Under the pieces are notes generated by a model. It was not told where the DNA came from and did not search any database. It worked only from the letters and a program-made list of their open reading frames with translations. A stretch of DNA of 64,000 nt from an uncultured Actinomycetes bacterium (lineage in GTDB: Bacteria; Actinomycetota; Thermoleophilia; UBA2241): positions 480,001-544,000 of the forward strand of contig CAVRZA010000001.1 of the NCBI GenBank assembly GCA_963725665.1, in the 5' to 3' direction. Each line of letters begins with the position of its first letter. The first letter of the stretch is position 1. A program made the position numbers and the translations under genes. Shown one piece after another: positions 30,733 through 40,422 of the stretch.

Positions 30733-31809
30733 GTGACGCCCAGCACCGACGCCCTCGTGACGGCCTTCGGCCTGCCGGTCTTCCTGGTGCCGTGGGCCGA
30801 CCGCTTCCTCGAGCCACTCGACTTCGCCCTGGTCGAGGCGCTCGCCGCCGGCCCGCTGCCCGAGGCTGAGGTGCTGCGTCGCATTCCCGGCCTCACCGCC
30901 GTCGACCTGGCGCGCGCAGTGCGTCGGGGAGTAGCCGACCTGGCGGATGAAGGAGATCGGCTCGCCCTCGCCAGCTTTCATGCCCGCTTCGAGATCTGGG
31001 CGATGTTCGAGGGCTGGAAGGACGTCCCCGATGACGTGGCCGTGCAGCTCAACGAGTGGGAGCTTTCGTACTACGAGGCAGGCGTCGCCGCGGATCTGGG
31101 GATCGGGCCCGACGGAGGCATCAGCGCCGACCCCGGCTCCTCCAGGAACGCGGCCTACGCCTACATCTTGCTCAACGAGGCCGAGGACATCGTGCGCTCC
31201 GTGCCCCACGTCTACCAGTGGCCCTGCGACTGCCGCGCCATGTTCGGGCGCTGTCGCAAGCCGGTCAACGTGTGCTTGCGCTTCGACAACGACCGCGGGC
31301 TCGGCTGGGAGATCTCGGCCGAGCGCGCCGTGTCACTCCTGCGCGAGGCCGACCGTGCCGGGCTGATGCACACCGGCTTCGTCGGCTTGGGAGACGAGGC
31401 CGGCGAGATCTGCAACTGCTGCACCGACTGCTGCTTCCCGCATCAGGCGTCGCGGCGCCTCGGCATCGACGGCGAGTGGCCGGGGCGGCAGTACGTCGCT
31501 GCGGTGGACGCCGCCGCCTGCACGCTCTGCGGACGCTGCGCGAAGCGCTGCCCCTTCGAGGCGCTCACCTTGTCGCCGGAGCCGGGGTCCGAACGGGCTC
31601 CGCGGAGTGGCGCGACCGTGATGCCGGACGCGGAGACGGACGGCGCGGTCGTGGTCGCCGAGCCGGCGGCGCACACGGGCAAGCGGCAGGCCCGGGGGTC
31701 GCGCAGCCTGCTCTTCACCGCCGATCGCTGCCGCGGTTGCGGGCTGTGTGCGAGTGGCTGCCCGGAGAGCGCCATTGCGATGGCGCGGCGGCTGGCCGCC
31801 CTGGCATGA
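30733..31809 (+). CDS. 4Fe-4S dicluster protein
   Basis: CDCR, ICNCCTDCC, CTLCGRCAKRCP, CRGCGLCASGCP. Confidence 0.88.
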   Translation: MTPSTDALVTAFGLPVFLVPWADRFLEPLDFALVEALAAGPLPEAEVLRRIPGLTAVDLARAVRRGVADLADEGDRLALASFHARFEIWAMFEGWKDVPDDVAVQLNEWELSYYEAGVAADLGIGPDGGISADPGSSRNAAYAYILLNEAEDIVRSVPHVYQWPCDCRAMFGRCRKPVNVCLRFDNDRGLGWEISAERAVSLLREADRAGLMHTGFVGLGDEAGEICNCCTDCCFPHQASRRLGIDGEWPGRQYVAAVDAAACTLCGRCAKRCPFEALTLSPEPGSERAPRSGATVMPDAETDGAVVVAEPAAHTGKRQARGSRSLLFTADRCRGCGLCASGCPESAIAMARRLAALA

Positions 31810-31854
31810 GAAGGCCGATGCCGACATGCCTGCCGACCTGCGGGCACCGGTTGG

Positions 31855-31943
31855 CTACGTGGCGCTTAACACCAGCCCCGCGATCAACACCGCCGCCTCC
31901 TCCTGCAGCGCCGGGATGGCGTGCGAGTAGGTGTCGAGGGTGA
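31855..31943 (-). repeat. Integrase 3'-end remnant (tail 13)
   Basis: TLDTYSHAIPALQEEAAVLIAGLVLSAT*; preceded by TGCCGAC pair at 31819/31831. Confidence 0.9.
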
Positions 31944-32108
31944 GGAACGTCGCAGGTGTAGGGAACGACTGCAGAGTCTATGTCCGCTTCTACGCCGAGT
32001 ATGGCCCGCCAACGCTGACACCAGAACCGGCTCGCGCATTATCATACGAACTGGACCGCTAAACGGCGGCAGGTCATCGTCATGTGTTCAGCACATCCGG
32101 GAGGCCCG

Positions 32109-33146
32109 ATGAACGAGATGAGCGAGGGTCGGGGACCGAACGACGCGACCGGCGCGGAGACGGCCGGCAGCGACGCACCTCCTGCGCAGCCGTCGACAGG
32201 CGTGGCGGTCGCGGGACTTCAGGTCGTGCTCGGTGCCAGCGGCGGGACGGGCGGCGCCGTGGTGCGAGAGCTCGCTCGCCGCGGGGGCACAGTGCGGGCC
32301 GTATCGCGCAGCGGGCGCACGCCCGGCGCTGCCGGCGTCCAGGCCGTGGCCGCCGACGTGACAGACGCGCCGGCACTCAGAGAGGCAGTCGAGGGCGCCG
32401 CGGTGATCTACCACTGCGTGAACGTGCCCTACCAGAAGTGGGTCGCCGAGTTCCAACCGCTCACCCGACGCATCATCGACGTTGCTGCGGCGGTCGGCTC
32501 CCGGCTCGTGTTCACGGACAACCTGTACTCCTACGGGCCGGTCGACGGAGCGATCACCGAGGACGCGCCGCTCGCGGCTGCGACCCGCAAGGGGCAGGTC
32601 CGGGCGGCGGTCAGGAGGGACCTTCTCGCTGCGCACCGTGACGGCCGCGTGCGCGTCGTAATCACCGGGGCCTCCGACTACTACGGCCCCTTCGGCCCCA
32701 ACTCGTTCGCCGGCGAGCGGTTCATGAAGCAGCTGCTCGCCGGCAAGAAGGTGCAGTGGCTCGCCGACCTCGACCAGCCGCACACCGAGAACTACCTCGA
32801 CGACATGGCCCGGGCCATCGTCATCCTGGGGAACAGCCAGGCGGCCGAGGGCCAGGTATGGCATCTGCCGGCAGCAGAGCTGCTGACCGGTCGGCAGTTC
32901 GTCGAGCTCGCCGCGCGCGCGGCGGGGATCGAGCCGAAGTCCGCGGTCTTGAGTCGCACGACGATGCGCCTCCTCGGCTTGTTCAGTCCCCTGCTGCGAG
33001 AGATCCCCGAGCTGTGGTACGAGTGGGACCGGCCGTTCGTTGTGGACGCGACCAAGTTCCAGCGGGCCTACGGGCCCTTCGAGGTCACCCCTCATCAGGA
33101 AGCTCTTCAGCAGACGGTCGGCTGGTTCCGCGAGCCGTCGTCCTGA
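32109..33146 (+). CDS. NAD-dependent epimerase/dehydratase family protein
   Basis: VLGASGGTG Rossmann motif; DNLYSYG; TRKGQVR; DYYGP. Confidence 0.88.
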   Translation: MNEMSEGRGPNDATGAETAGSDAPPAQPSTGVAVAGLQVVLGASGGTGGAVVRELARRGGTVRAVSRSGRTPGAAGVQAVAADVTDAPALREAVEGAAVIYHCVNVPYQKWVAEFQPLTRRIIDVAAAVGSRLVFTDNLYSYGPVDGAITEDAPLAAATRKGQVRAAVRRDLLAAHRDGRVRVVITGASDYYGPFGPNSFAGERFMKQLLAGKKVQWLADLDQPHTENYLDDMARAIVILGNSQAAEGQVWHLPAAELLTGRQFVELAARAAGIEPKSAVLSRTTMRLLGLFSPLLREIPELWYEWDRPFVVDATKFQRAYGPFEVTPHQEALQQTVGWFREPSS

Positions 33147-33248
33147 AAGTCCTCTCGTAGAACATCGACGGCGGACTGCTGCTCGCCCCCCTCGGTGCTA
33201 TCGTCTCCAGCAGAGTTCGCTAGGCTCTGCCGGGTCTCACGACTAGAC

Positions 33249-34470
33249 CTACTCGCCTGCGAACACCAGCCCCGCGATCAGCGCCGCCGCCTCCTCTTGC
33301 AGCGCCGGGATGGCGTGTGAGTAGGTGTCGAGCGTGATTGAGACGGTCGCGTGCCCGAGGCGCTCGGAGACGACCTTGGGATGCACGCCGGCCTGCAGGG
33401 CCAGGGTCGCGTGTGTATGGCGCAGGTCGTGCAGCCTGATCTGTGGCAACATCGCCTTCTTCACGGCCTGGCGGAAGTAGCGCGAGACGTCCTCGGGGTC
33501 CAGAGCCTCGCCGTTCTCGAGCGTGAACACGAGCCCCGATTCGACTCCGGCCTCCTCCCATTCACTCTGCTCGTCGAGCTGGCGCTGCGCCTGCGCCTTC
33601 AGGACCTCGACGGTCACTGGGTCGAGGGCAATGACGCGGCGGCCCTTGGCCGTCTTGGGTTCGCTCACCACGACCTCGTTCTTGATGGGGATGAGGGCGC
33701 GGCGCACCTAGAGCCGCGCTTTCTCGAGGTCGACGTCGCTCCAGCGCAGGCCGAGGGCCTCGCCTCGTCTCATGCCCGTCATCGCGATCAAATGCCAGAG
33801 GGGATGGAGGCGGTCGTCCTTCACTGAGTCCAAGAACGCCTTGAGCTGCTCCTTGGTCCAGGTGCGCATCTCCTTGGTGCCGTCGCCCTTCTTGCACGGT
33901 GGGTCGGCGGCGTCCAAGGGGTTCCTGGAGATGTGACCCCACCTGACGGCGTCCTTGCAGGCCTTGTGGAGACAGGCGTGGACGTGGTTGATGGTCATGG
34001 GGGAGAGGCCCTTCTTGCCGTTCTTCTTGCCGCTCTCGGCGAGCTTCGCGTAGAGGGCGTTGACCTGACTGCCGGTGAGCTTGGCCAGCTTCAGCGCACC
34101 GATGTGGGGCACGATGTGGTAATCGACGTGCTGCACGTAGGAGTTGTAGGTCGAGGGGCGGATGGTGGCCTTTACGGCCGGCAGCCACTCCTTGGTCAGG
34201 TACTCCTTGACCGTCATCTTGGTCGGCGGCCGGTAGGTCTACTGTTCGACGGCGACGAGCAGCTTGTTCATGGCCGCCTGGCACTCCTTCTCGAGGGCAA
34301 AGCCGCCCTTGATGGCGCGGCGGCGCTCGACGGTGTCGGTCAGCTCACCACCGCACCTTGGGCAGTTCTCTTTGGGTTTGCGCTCGACCCAGTATCGCTT
34401 CCTGCAGGCCGGGCAGCGCTGGGCGTCGTGCATGCCGATGTCGACGATGTACTCCCAAGAGCCGGGATCG
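33249..34470 (-). pseudogene. Near full-length tyrosine recombinase/integrase with N-terminal zinc-ribbon insert; two in-frame TAG stops
   Basis: Three same-frame ORFs separated by TAG at 34239-41 and 33708-10; WEYIVDIG arm motif, TGMRRGE, PKT, HDLRH, LGH, catalytic Y in DTY; no clear start codon. Confidence 0.92.
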
Positions 34471-34842
34471 CCCCGTCACGCTGCAGCACGAGCGTCTGGC
34501 CGCGCGTGCCACGTTCCTCCTGTGGCTCGCGTTTGTGCGACCGGGACTCGCTGAATCGGCGTTTCCCCGCAGACTTCGGGCTTGTGATCGCGCGCTCCAG
34601 CCTGGGCACCTCTTGGCACACGTGCCTGCCGGTCATCCACTGGGCGGAGATTCGACCACGTCCACGCTTGACACGCGTTTCACAACAGCGGCGTAGTACG
34701 GACCGCCATGGGGTGAGCAGGGTCGAGGTCGGATCCCCTGGGAGCCCCGCAGTGCCTCCGACGGACCGGCACGCCACGCCATAGTGACCACTCCTACGCG
34801 GGCGCCTCGGCGAGAACGAGGCGAACTCCAAGGAGGAGTGGA

Positions 34843-36072
34843 ATGCCACAGATCAACACAGGAGACACGGCGTTCGTCCTGATCTGCGCCGCCCTCGTGG
34901 CGCTGATGACGCCGGGGCTCGCCTTCTTCTACGGCGGGCTTGTCAGGAGGAAGAACTTCCTCGCGATCATGATGCAGTCGTTCATCTCGATGGGCGTCGT
35001 GACCACGATCTGGGTGTTCTTCGGGTACTCGCTCGCGTTCTCGGGCAACGTTCTCTCCGGAGGGCTCGGGAACCTCGACTGGGCGGCGCTGACGAGCGTC
35101 GGCCACCTGCCCGGCCCGTGGGCGCCGAACATCCCGGCGCAGGCGCACTTCGTCTACCAGGAGATGTTCGCCATCATCACCCCGGCGCTCATCACCGGCG
35201 CCTTCGCCGACCGGGTGAAGTTCAAGAGTTACCTCTGGTTCCTCATCCTCTGGAGCGTCATCGTCTACATCCCGTTCGTGCACTGGATCTGGGGCGGCGG
35301 CTGGCTCATGCAGCACGGCGTGCTCGACTTCGCCGGCGGCGCCGTGGTGCACATGAGCGCCGGCTACGCGGCTCTGGCCTCGGTGTTTGTCGTCGGCCGG
35401 CGCCACTTCGGGCCCGGCGAGCGCGGCCTGCCGCACAACGTGGCCTTCGTGGCCCTCGGCACCGGCCTGCTCTGGTTCGGCTGGTTCGGCTTCAACGCCG
35501 GTTCGGCGCTGGCCGCCAACGGCATCGCCGCGCAGGCCTTCGTCAACACCGACATCGCCGGCTCGATCGCCATGTGCACCTGGCTCGCCTTGACCTGGCG
35601 GCGTGACGGCAAACCCAGCCTCGTCGGCGCCTTGACGGGCGCCGTCGCCGGTCTCGCCTGCATCACTCCTTGCGCCGGCTACATCCCGACCTGGGCTTCG
35701 TTCATCGTCGGCCTCGGGGCGGGATCGCTCTGCTACTCCGCCGTGATCTTCAGGGAGCGGATGAAGTGGGACGACGCCCTCGACGTGTGGGCGGCGCACG
35801 GCGTCGGCGGCACGCTCGGGATCATCCTGCTGGGCGTCTTCGCTCTCAAGTCCGTCAACCCAGCCGGCGCCGACGGCCTGATCACGGGGAGCTTCCACTT
35901 CTTCGGCTGGCAGCTGATCACCGTGGTCGTGGTGGCGGGCTACGCCTTCGTGGCCACGTTCCTGATCCTCAAGTTCCTCAACCTCTTCGGCTCTGTGCGC
36001 GTGCCCGATGCCGTCGAGCTCAAGGGCCTCGACGAGACCGAGTTCGGCGAGTCCGCATACGACCTGACGTAA
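34843..36072 (+). CDS. amt: Ammonium transporter
   Basis: LMTPGLAFFYGG, DFAGGAVVHMSAG, LWFGWFGFNAGS, DDALDV..HGVGG. Confidence 0.95.
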   Translation: MPQINTGDTAFVLICAALVALMTPGLAFFYGGLVRRKNFLAIMMQSFISMGVVTTIWVFFGYSLAFSGNVLSGGLGNLDWAALTSVGHLPGPWAPNIPAQAHFVYQEMFAIITPALITGAFADRVKFKSYLWFLILWSVIVYIPFVHWIWGGGWLMQHGVLDFAGGAVVHMSAGYAALASVFVVGRRHFGPGERGLPHNVAFVALGTGLLWFGWFGFNAGSALAANGIAAQAFVNTDIAGSIAMCTWLALTWRRDGKPSLVGALTGAVAGLACITPCAGYIPTWASFIVGLGAGSLCYSAVIFRERMKWDDALDVWAAHGVGGTLGIILLGVFALKSVNPAGADGLITGSFHFFGWQLITVVVVAGYAFVATFLILKFLNLFGSVRVPDAVELKGLDETEFGESAYDLT

Positions 36073-36329
36073 GGACGGGAGGGCGCGGCGGCGGCCGGAG
36101 GAACCGGCCCGCCGCGGCGCACCACCGACGAGGCCTGCGACTCAGGTCGCCTGCACGAGCAGGACCAGCCGGCAGGGAGTGGTCGGCCGAAGCCGATGGC
36201 CTGACGATGACGGCACGGGGCGCGGAAGCTGGCTTCCGCGCCCCGTGCCCGATTTCGGCTAGCGGCGGAGGTCCCCTTGGCTCTGGCTGAGCTCCGCGCC
36301 GGTCTGCCCTTGCTGACACGCTGCAAGAA

Positions 36330-36500
36330 GTGGCGGCGGCTCGGAGCGTAACCGCTGCCCAGGTGGCGCTCGCCTGGCTGCTGAAGCGAGACGATCATGT
36401 GATCCCCATCCCGGGAGCGACGAGGCGGAGAACTCAGGCACCCTCTCGTTGGAGCTCAGCGACGAAGAGTCTGCTGCCATCGACCGGGTATCGGCGCCGA
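36330..36500 (+). pseudogene. Aldo/keto reductase C-terminal fragment
   Basis: TAAQVALAWLL...VIPIPGAT. Confidence 0.65.
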
Positions 36501-36591
36501 CGCCGACCAGGTAGCACCACCGAGGGGCCCTCGAGCCCGTCCTGAAGAGCTGGGGCGGCAAGTAAGGAGGGCTGGCCGAGGCACGATCCCT

Positions 36592-36753
36592 CTACTTGTT
36601 TGCGAACACCGGCCCCGCGATCAGCGCTGCCGCCTCCTCCGGCATTGCCGGGATGGCGCGCGAGTAGGTGTCCAGGGTGATGGAGACGGTGGCATGCCCG
36701 AGGCGCTCGCTGACGAGCTTGGGAAGCACGCCGGCCTGCAGGGCAAGGGTGGC
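36592..36753 (-). repeat. Integrase 3'-end remnant (tail 15)
   Basis: ATLALQAGVLPKLVSERLGHATVSITLDTYSRAIPAMPEEAAALIAGPVFANK*. Confidence 0.9.
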
Positions 36754-37616
36754 AAGTCACGGTTTGGGCGCCGACGACGGCCGAGCAGGCGGAGGCGCGA
36801 TTGAACGAGATCAGGGCGTCGTTAAGGGATCTCGGGCTCGATGATGACGCCAAGCTCGCCGACTGACGCATGGAGTCGGGATCCGCCCCCGCATACGCAG
36901 ACTGCCTTCCGACACAGCAGCGGCCGGCATGGACAGTGTGTGAGCTTTGCGTCCACCTCCAGCCCTGGGTTGAGATTGCCTGTTCTCTAGCGCCGGTTCT
37001 CTGCGTCCCGAGGTTAAGGGGCCACGTTCCCGGACTCCGTCCCCCACTCGCGGTCTTTGTGGGTTGCGGCCATCGGAGTGCCATGTGGTGTGGGCGCCGG
37101 CAAGTGTCGGCAGGGGCCGGCTTCGATGTGAGGTCGTCGAGATGAGTGGCGTCGGCATCGCGTCGGCGCAGTCGCCAGACTGCGCGCATAACGCGACGTT
37201 GTGACAACTCTTCAGGTTACGTGAACCTGTGACGCCAGCTCTGCGTGTCGCCGCTCAGGAAACGGGAATTCCTTTGTGAACCCTTAGACCGCTTTGTCAC
37301 CCTTCACGCCTGACCGCGCTCCATGCAGCACTCCTCCTTGGAGGGAGGGTGGCTACGCTGCCGGCTCGAGACGGTTACATAAGACAGTCGCCCTCCCGAG
37401 CCTCCCTCTGGTTGCTGTCACACTCGAGTTGTACAGTCGGCCTACAGGCATGAGGGGGATCAGGGGGGGATCGCTTGGAGCACCTATCATCTGACGTGGA
37501 ATCCCGATCGCTACGGCTGGGATGACCTAGTTGGCGCTGCGAGCGGATAGACAGTCGCGCCCCTTTCCTGCCTGTCCTTTCGGGCGTACAGTGGCGCCGT
37601 CGACAAGGGGGGGCTC

Positions 37617-38003
37617 ATGGACAACTGGATCCTGTGGGACGACCCAACGAACGAAGACCCGGTCGGTCGCGCTGCCTCCTGCGACAGGCAACTGCGGTAC
37701 TACCTCGGACAGCGCGTCTTCGACTTCATCCCTGCAGCGCACGAAGATCCGGATACTACGCACACGCTGGTCGCAGGGTACATCAACCTAACGCTCAGAG
37801 AGTGGCGCTCGCTGGTCGGGCGCGACGATGGCGTGCTGACGTTCAGACAGCCGGACGACCCCTACGAGAAGACGTATATCTTAGAGATCCCAGCGGACCC
37901 CAACGTACCCGACGACCGGGGGGAACTCAATAGAATCGCCAAAGACGCGGCCGTCCGCCGACTCTTCCGCCATGTGCAAGCGGAACTAGTGGACAGCAAC
38001 TAA
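37617..38003 (+). CDS. Hypothetical protein; duplicate at 56285-56671
   Basis: G-rich RBS, 128 aa, identical protein at both loci. Confidence 0.7.
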   Translation: MDNWILWDDPTNEDPVGRAASCDRQLRYYLGQRVFDFIPAAHEDPDTTHTLVAGYINLTLREWRSLVGRDDGVLTFRQPDDPYEKTYILEIPADPNVPDDRGELNRIAKDAAVRRLFRHVQAELVDSN

Positions 38004-38151
38004 CCCCGAGCGAGCTGGGGCGGCCGTCGGCGTTCTGGCCCGCAGATCCTCATGCTGTTCACAGCGGCTCTCCGAAAGATGGGGAGTCGGGTCAGCGCCC
38101 CAGGCATACGGGAGCGTACGTCGTCGTGCGACGGTGCAGAGGGGAGAGCGC

Positions 38152-40422
38152 ATGCCTGCGAAGGTGCAAGGCGAACGCGGCGAGTTGACGCCATTGCCGG
38201 CCGCCCAACGCGATGCGGCCGCGGTCGTGGCCGACGCCGTAGCCCACGACCGCGGCGCGCTGGACGAGTGGCAGGCGAAGGCGCTGCTGGCCGGCTACGG
38301 GATCGCCGTCCCCGAGGGCGGCGTCGCGCGCAGCGAGGACGAAGCCGCGGCCATCGCCCGGCGGCTCGGCGGTCCGGTGGTCGTCAAGGCCGTCGGGCCG
38401 CGCATCACCCACAAGACAGATCGCGGCCTGGTCGCCCTTGACCTCTCCGGGGACGAGGCCGTCCGGACCGCCGCTCGCTCGCTTCTGGCGCTCACCGAAG
38501 ACCAGGACGCTGTGCTGCTGGTAGAGCGGATGGTCCGGGGAGCGCGCGAGCTCATGGTCGGCATGAAGCGCGATCCTCTCTTCGGTCCGGTCGTCGTCTT
38601 CGGCGTCGGAGGGATCTTCACCGAGGCTCACAAGGACATCGCGCTCGGCGTGACGCCGCTGGACGACCGGGACATCGAGAGCATGCTGACCGGGATCAGG
38701 GCGAGCGCGCTGCTCGACGACTTTCGTGGCCTGCCGCCCGTGGATCGCGCATTGTTGGCCGGCGCCATCCGCGCGCTCGCGCGCATCGCCGAGGACCATC
38801 CCGCCGTGACAGAGATCGACGTGAACCCCCTCATCGTGGAAGACGCGACGCCGGTGGCCGCCGACGCGCTGGTGATTCTCGATCCGGCGGGGGAGGGCGG
38901 CGCGTCCGCGTCCGCCCCCCTCCCACCTGTCGCCTCGCCCCCCGATCTGACCCCACTGTTCGCGCCGCGCGCCGTCGCGGTCGTCGGCGCCTCGGACGAC
39001 CCTCTCAAATGGGGCGGCTCCCTCCTCCTCAACCTCATCGACGGCGGCTTCACCGGGGCCATCTATCCCGTGAACCGTCGTGGCGGCACGGTGTGCGGTC
39101 TACCCGCCTTCCGCAGTGTCGCGGAACTGCCGGAAGCCCCGGACCTAGCGCTGGTGACGCTGGGGGCCACCCAGGTGAACGCTGTGGTCGAGCAGTGTGG
39201 GGAGCGCGGGATCCCCGTCGTGCTCGTCGTGGCTGCGGACTACTCGGAGGCGGGAGAGGCGGGAGCCGCCGCGGAGGCGGAGCTGGCCCAAACGGCGCGG
39301 ACCTCGGGCGTCACGCTCATCGGCCCCAATTGCATGGGGCTGATCGCGACGCACAGCCGGCTCCACGCGGTCGGCTTTCTGGAGTTGCGGCCGCAGGCCG
39401 GCAGCCTGAGTGTCGTCTCCCAGTCCGGCAACATCGGGGTACAGCTCGTCGCCGCAGCCGAGCGGCGCGGCATCGGCATCGACAAATACGTGACGGTCGG
39501 CAACGAGGCGAGCACGAGCGCGCTTGACGTGCTCGACGCGCTGCGAGACGACGCGCAGACGGCCGCCGCCCTCGTCTATCTCGAAGGAGTCGACGACGGC
39601 CGCCGTTTCCTCGACGTCATGCGCCGCACCACGCGGCAGAAGCCGGTGGTGGTGCTGCGCGGCGGCCTGACGGAGTACGGCCGTCGCGCCGCCGCATCGC
39701 ACACCGGCGCCATGGCGGGCGCGGCCGACGTCTTCCTGGCTGCGGCCCGCCAGACCGGCTGCCTCGTGCGCACGGGCCCCGACGAGAGCCTGGACCTGGC
39801 GCTGTGCCTCACCACACTCCCGCTGCCGCCGGGCCGCCGCGTGGCGATCATGACGCTCGGTGGAGGCTGGGGCGTGCTGGCGGCGGACGAGCTGGCCCGT
39901 AACGGCCTCGAGCTGGCCCTGTTGGAGCCTCACGTCCTCGCTGAGCTGGACAAGCTCCTGCCCGGCTACTGGAGCCGCAACAACCCCATCGACCTCGTGG
40001 CATCCATCGGCCCGGACCTCGCAGAGCGCACGCTGACGCTGCTCGCTGAGAGCGAGGCGGTGGATGCCGTCGTCGTGCTCGGTGTGCTCCACAGCCCGTC
40101 CACCGGCTGGACGTCAGACGGCGCCGCGCCCGCCGCCGGCGGACAGGGCGCGCCCGGCCGCGACCGCTTCAACCCTGCCGAGATCGCATTTCTCGAGCGC
40201 GTGACCACGCTCATGGAGAGGACGGGCAAACCGATCGTCAACGTCCCCCTACGGGCGCTCGAGGTCGCGACCTTCCCGGGCGGCGCGCGACACGATCCGG
40301 TCATCCTCTACTCGCCGGTCGCCGCGGTACGCGCCCTCGCCGCCATGGCCTGGTACGGGGAGTACGTCGCTGCCCAGGTCGCTCCTCCGCCTCGCCGACG
40401 CGCGAAGAAGTATCCGCGATGA
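38152..40422 (+). CDS. Acetate/acyl-CoA ligase (ADP-forming), beta-alpha fused order
   Basis: N-terminal ATP-grasp (THKTD, DPLFGPVV, EIDVNPL) then VAVVGAS, IGPNCMG, SQSG, SHTGAMAG. Confidence 0.9.
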   Translation: MPAKVQGERGELTPLPAAQRDAAAVVADAVAHDRGALDEWQAKALLAGYGIAVPEGGVARSEDEAAAIARRLGGPVVVKAVGPRITHKTDRGLVALDLSGDEAVRTAARSLLALTEDQDAVLLVERMVRGARELMVGMKRDPLFGPVVVFGVGGIFTEAHKDIALGVTPLDDRDIESMLTGIRASALLDDFRGLPPVDRALLAGAIRALARIAEDHPAVTEIDVNPLIVEDATPVAADALVILDPAGEGGASASAPLPPVASPPDLTPLFAPRAVAVVGASDDPLKWGGSLLLNLIDGGFTGAIYPVNRRGGTVCGLPAFRSVAELPEAPDLALVTLGATQVNAVVEQCGERGIPVVLVVAADYSEAGEAGAAAEAELAQTARTSGVTLIGPNCMGLIATHSRLHAVGFLELRPQAGSLSVVSQSGNIGVQLVAAAERRGIGIDKYVTVGNEASTSALDVLDALRDDAQTAAALVYLEGVDDGRRFLDVMRRTTRQKPVVVLRGGLTEYGRRAAASHTGAMAGAADVFLAAARQTGCLVRTGPDESLDLALCLTTLPLPPGRRVAIMTLGGGWGVLAADELARNGLELALLEPHVLAELDKLLPGYWSRNNPIDLVASIGPDLAERTLTLLAESEAVDAVVVLGVLHSPSTGWTSDGAAPAAGGQGAPGRDRFNPAEIAFLERVTTLMERTGKPIVNVPLRALEVATFPGGARHDPVILYSPVAAVRALAAMAWYGEYVAAQVAPPPRRRAKKYPR

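Noticed and set aside
33708-34241. Amber recoding (pyrrolysine or stop reassignment) in the integrase
   Set aside because: TAG is a normal stop for many genes here, no pyl genes are visible, both codons are one substitution from TCG/CAG, and the start is also damaged.
33249-34470. Classical integron (IntI + attC)
   Set aside because: I see no IntI-specific insertion in the catalytic domain and no consistent RYYYAAC/GTTRRRY boxes; the protein has an arm-binding-type N-terminus.
37528-38010. attC-like boundaries around the duplicated 128-aa gene (GTTGGCG / AACTAAC)
   Set aside because: They do not fit the consensus boxes, no matching palindrome is seen, and the second copy lacks the left GTT.
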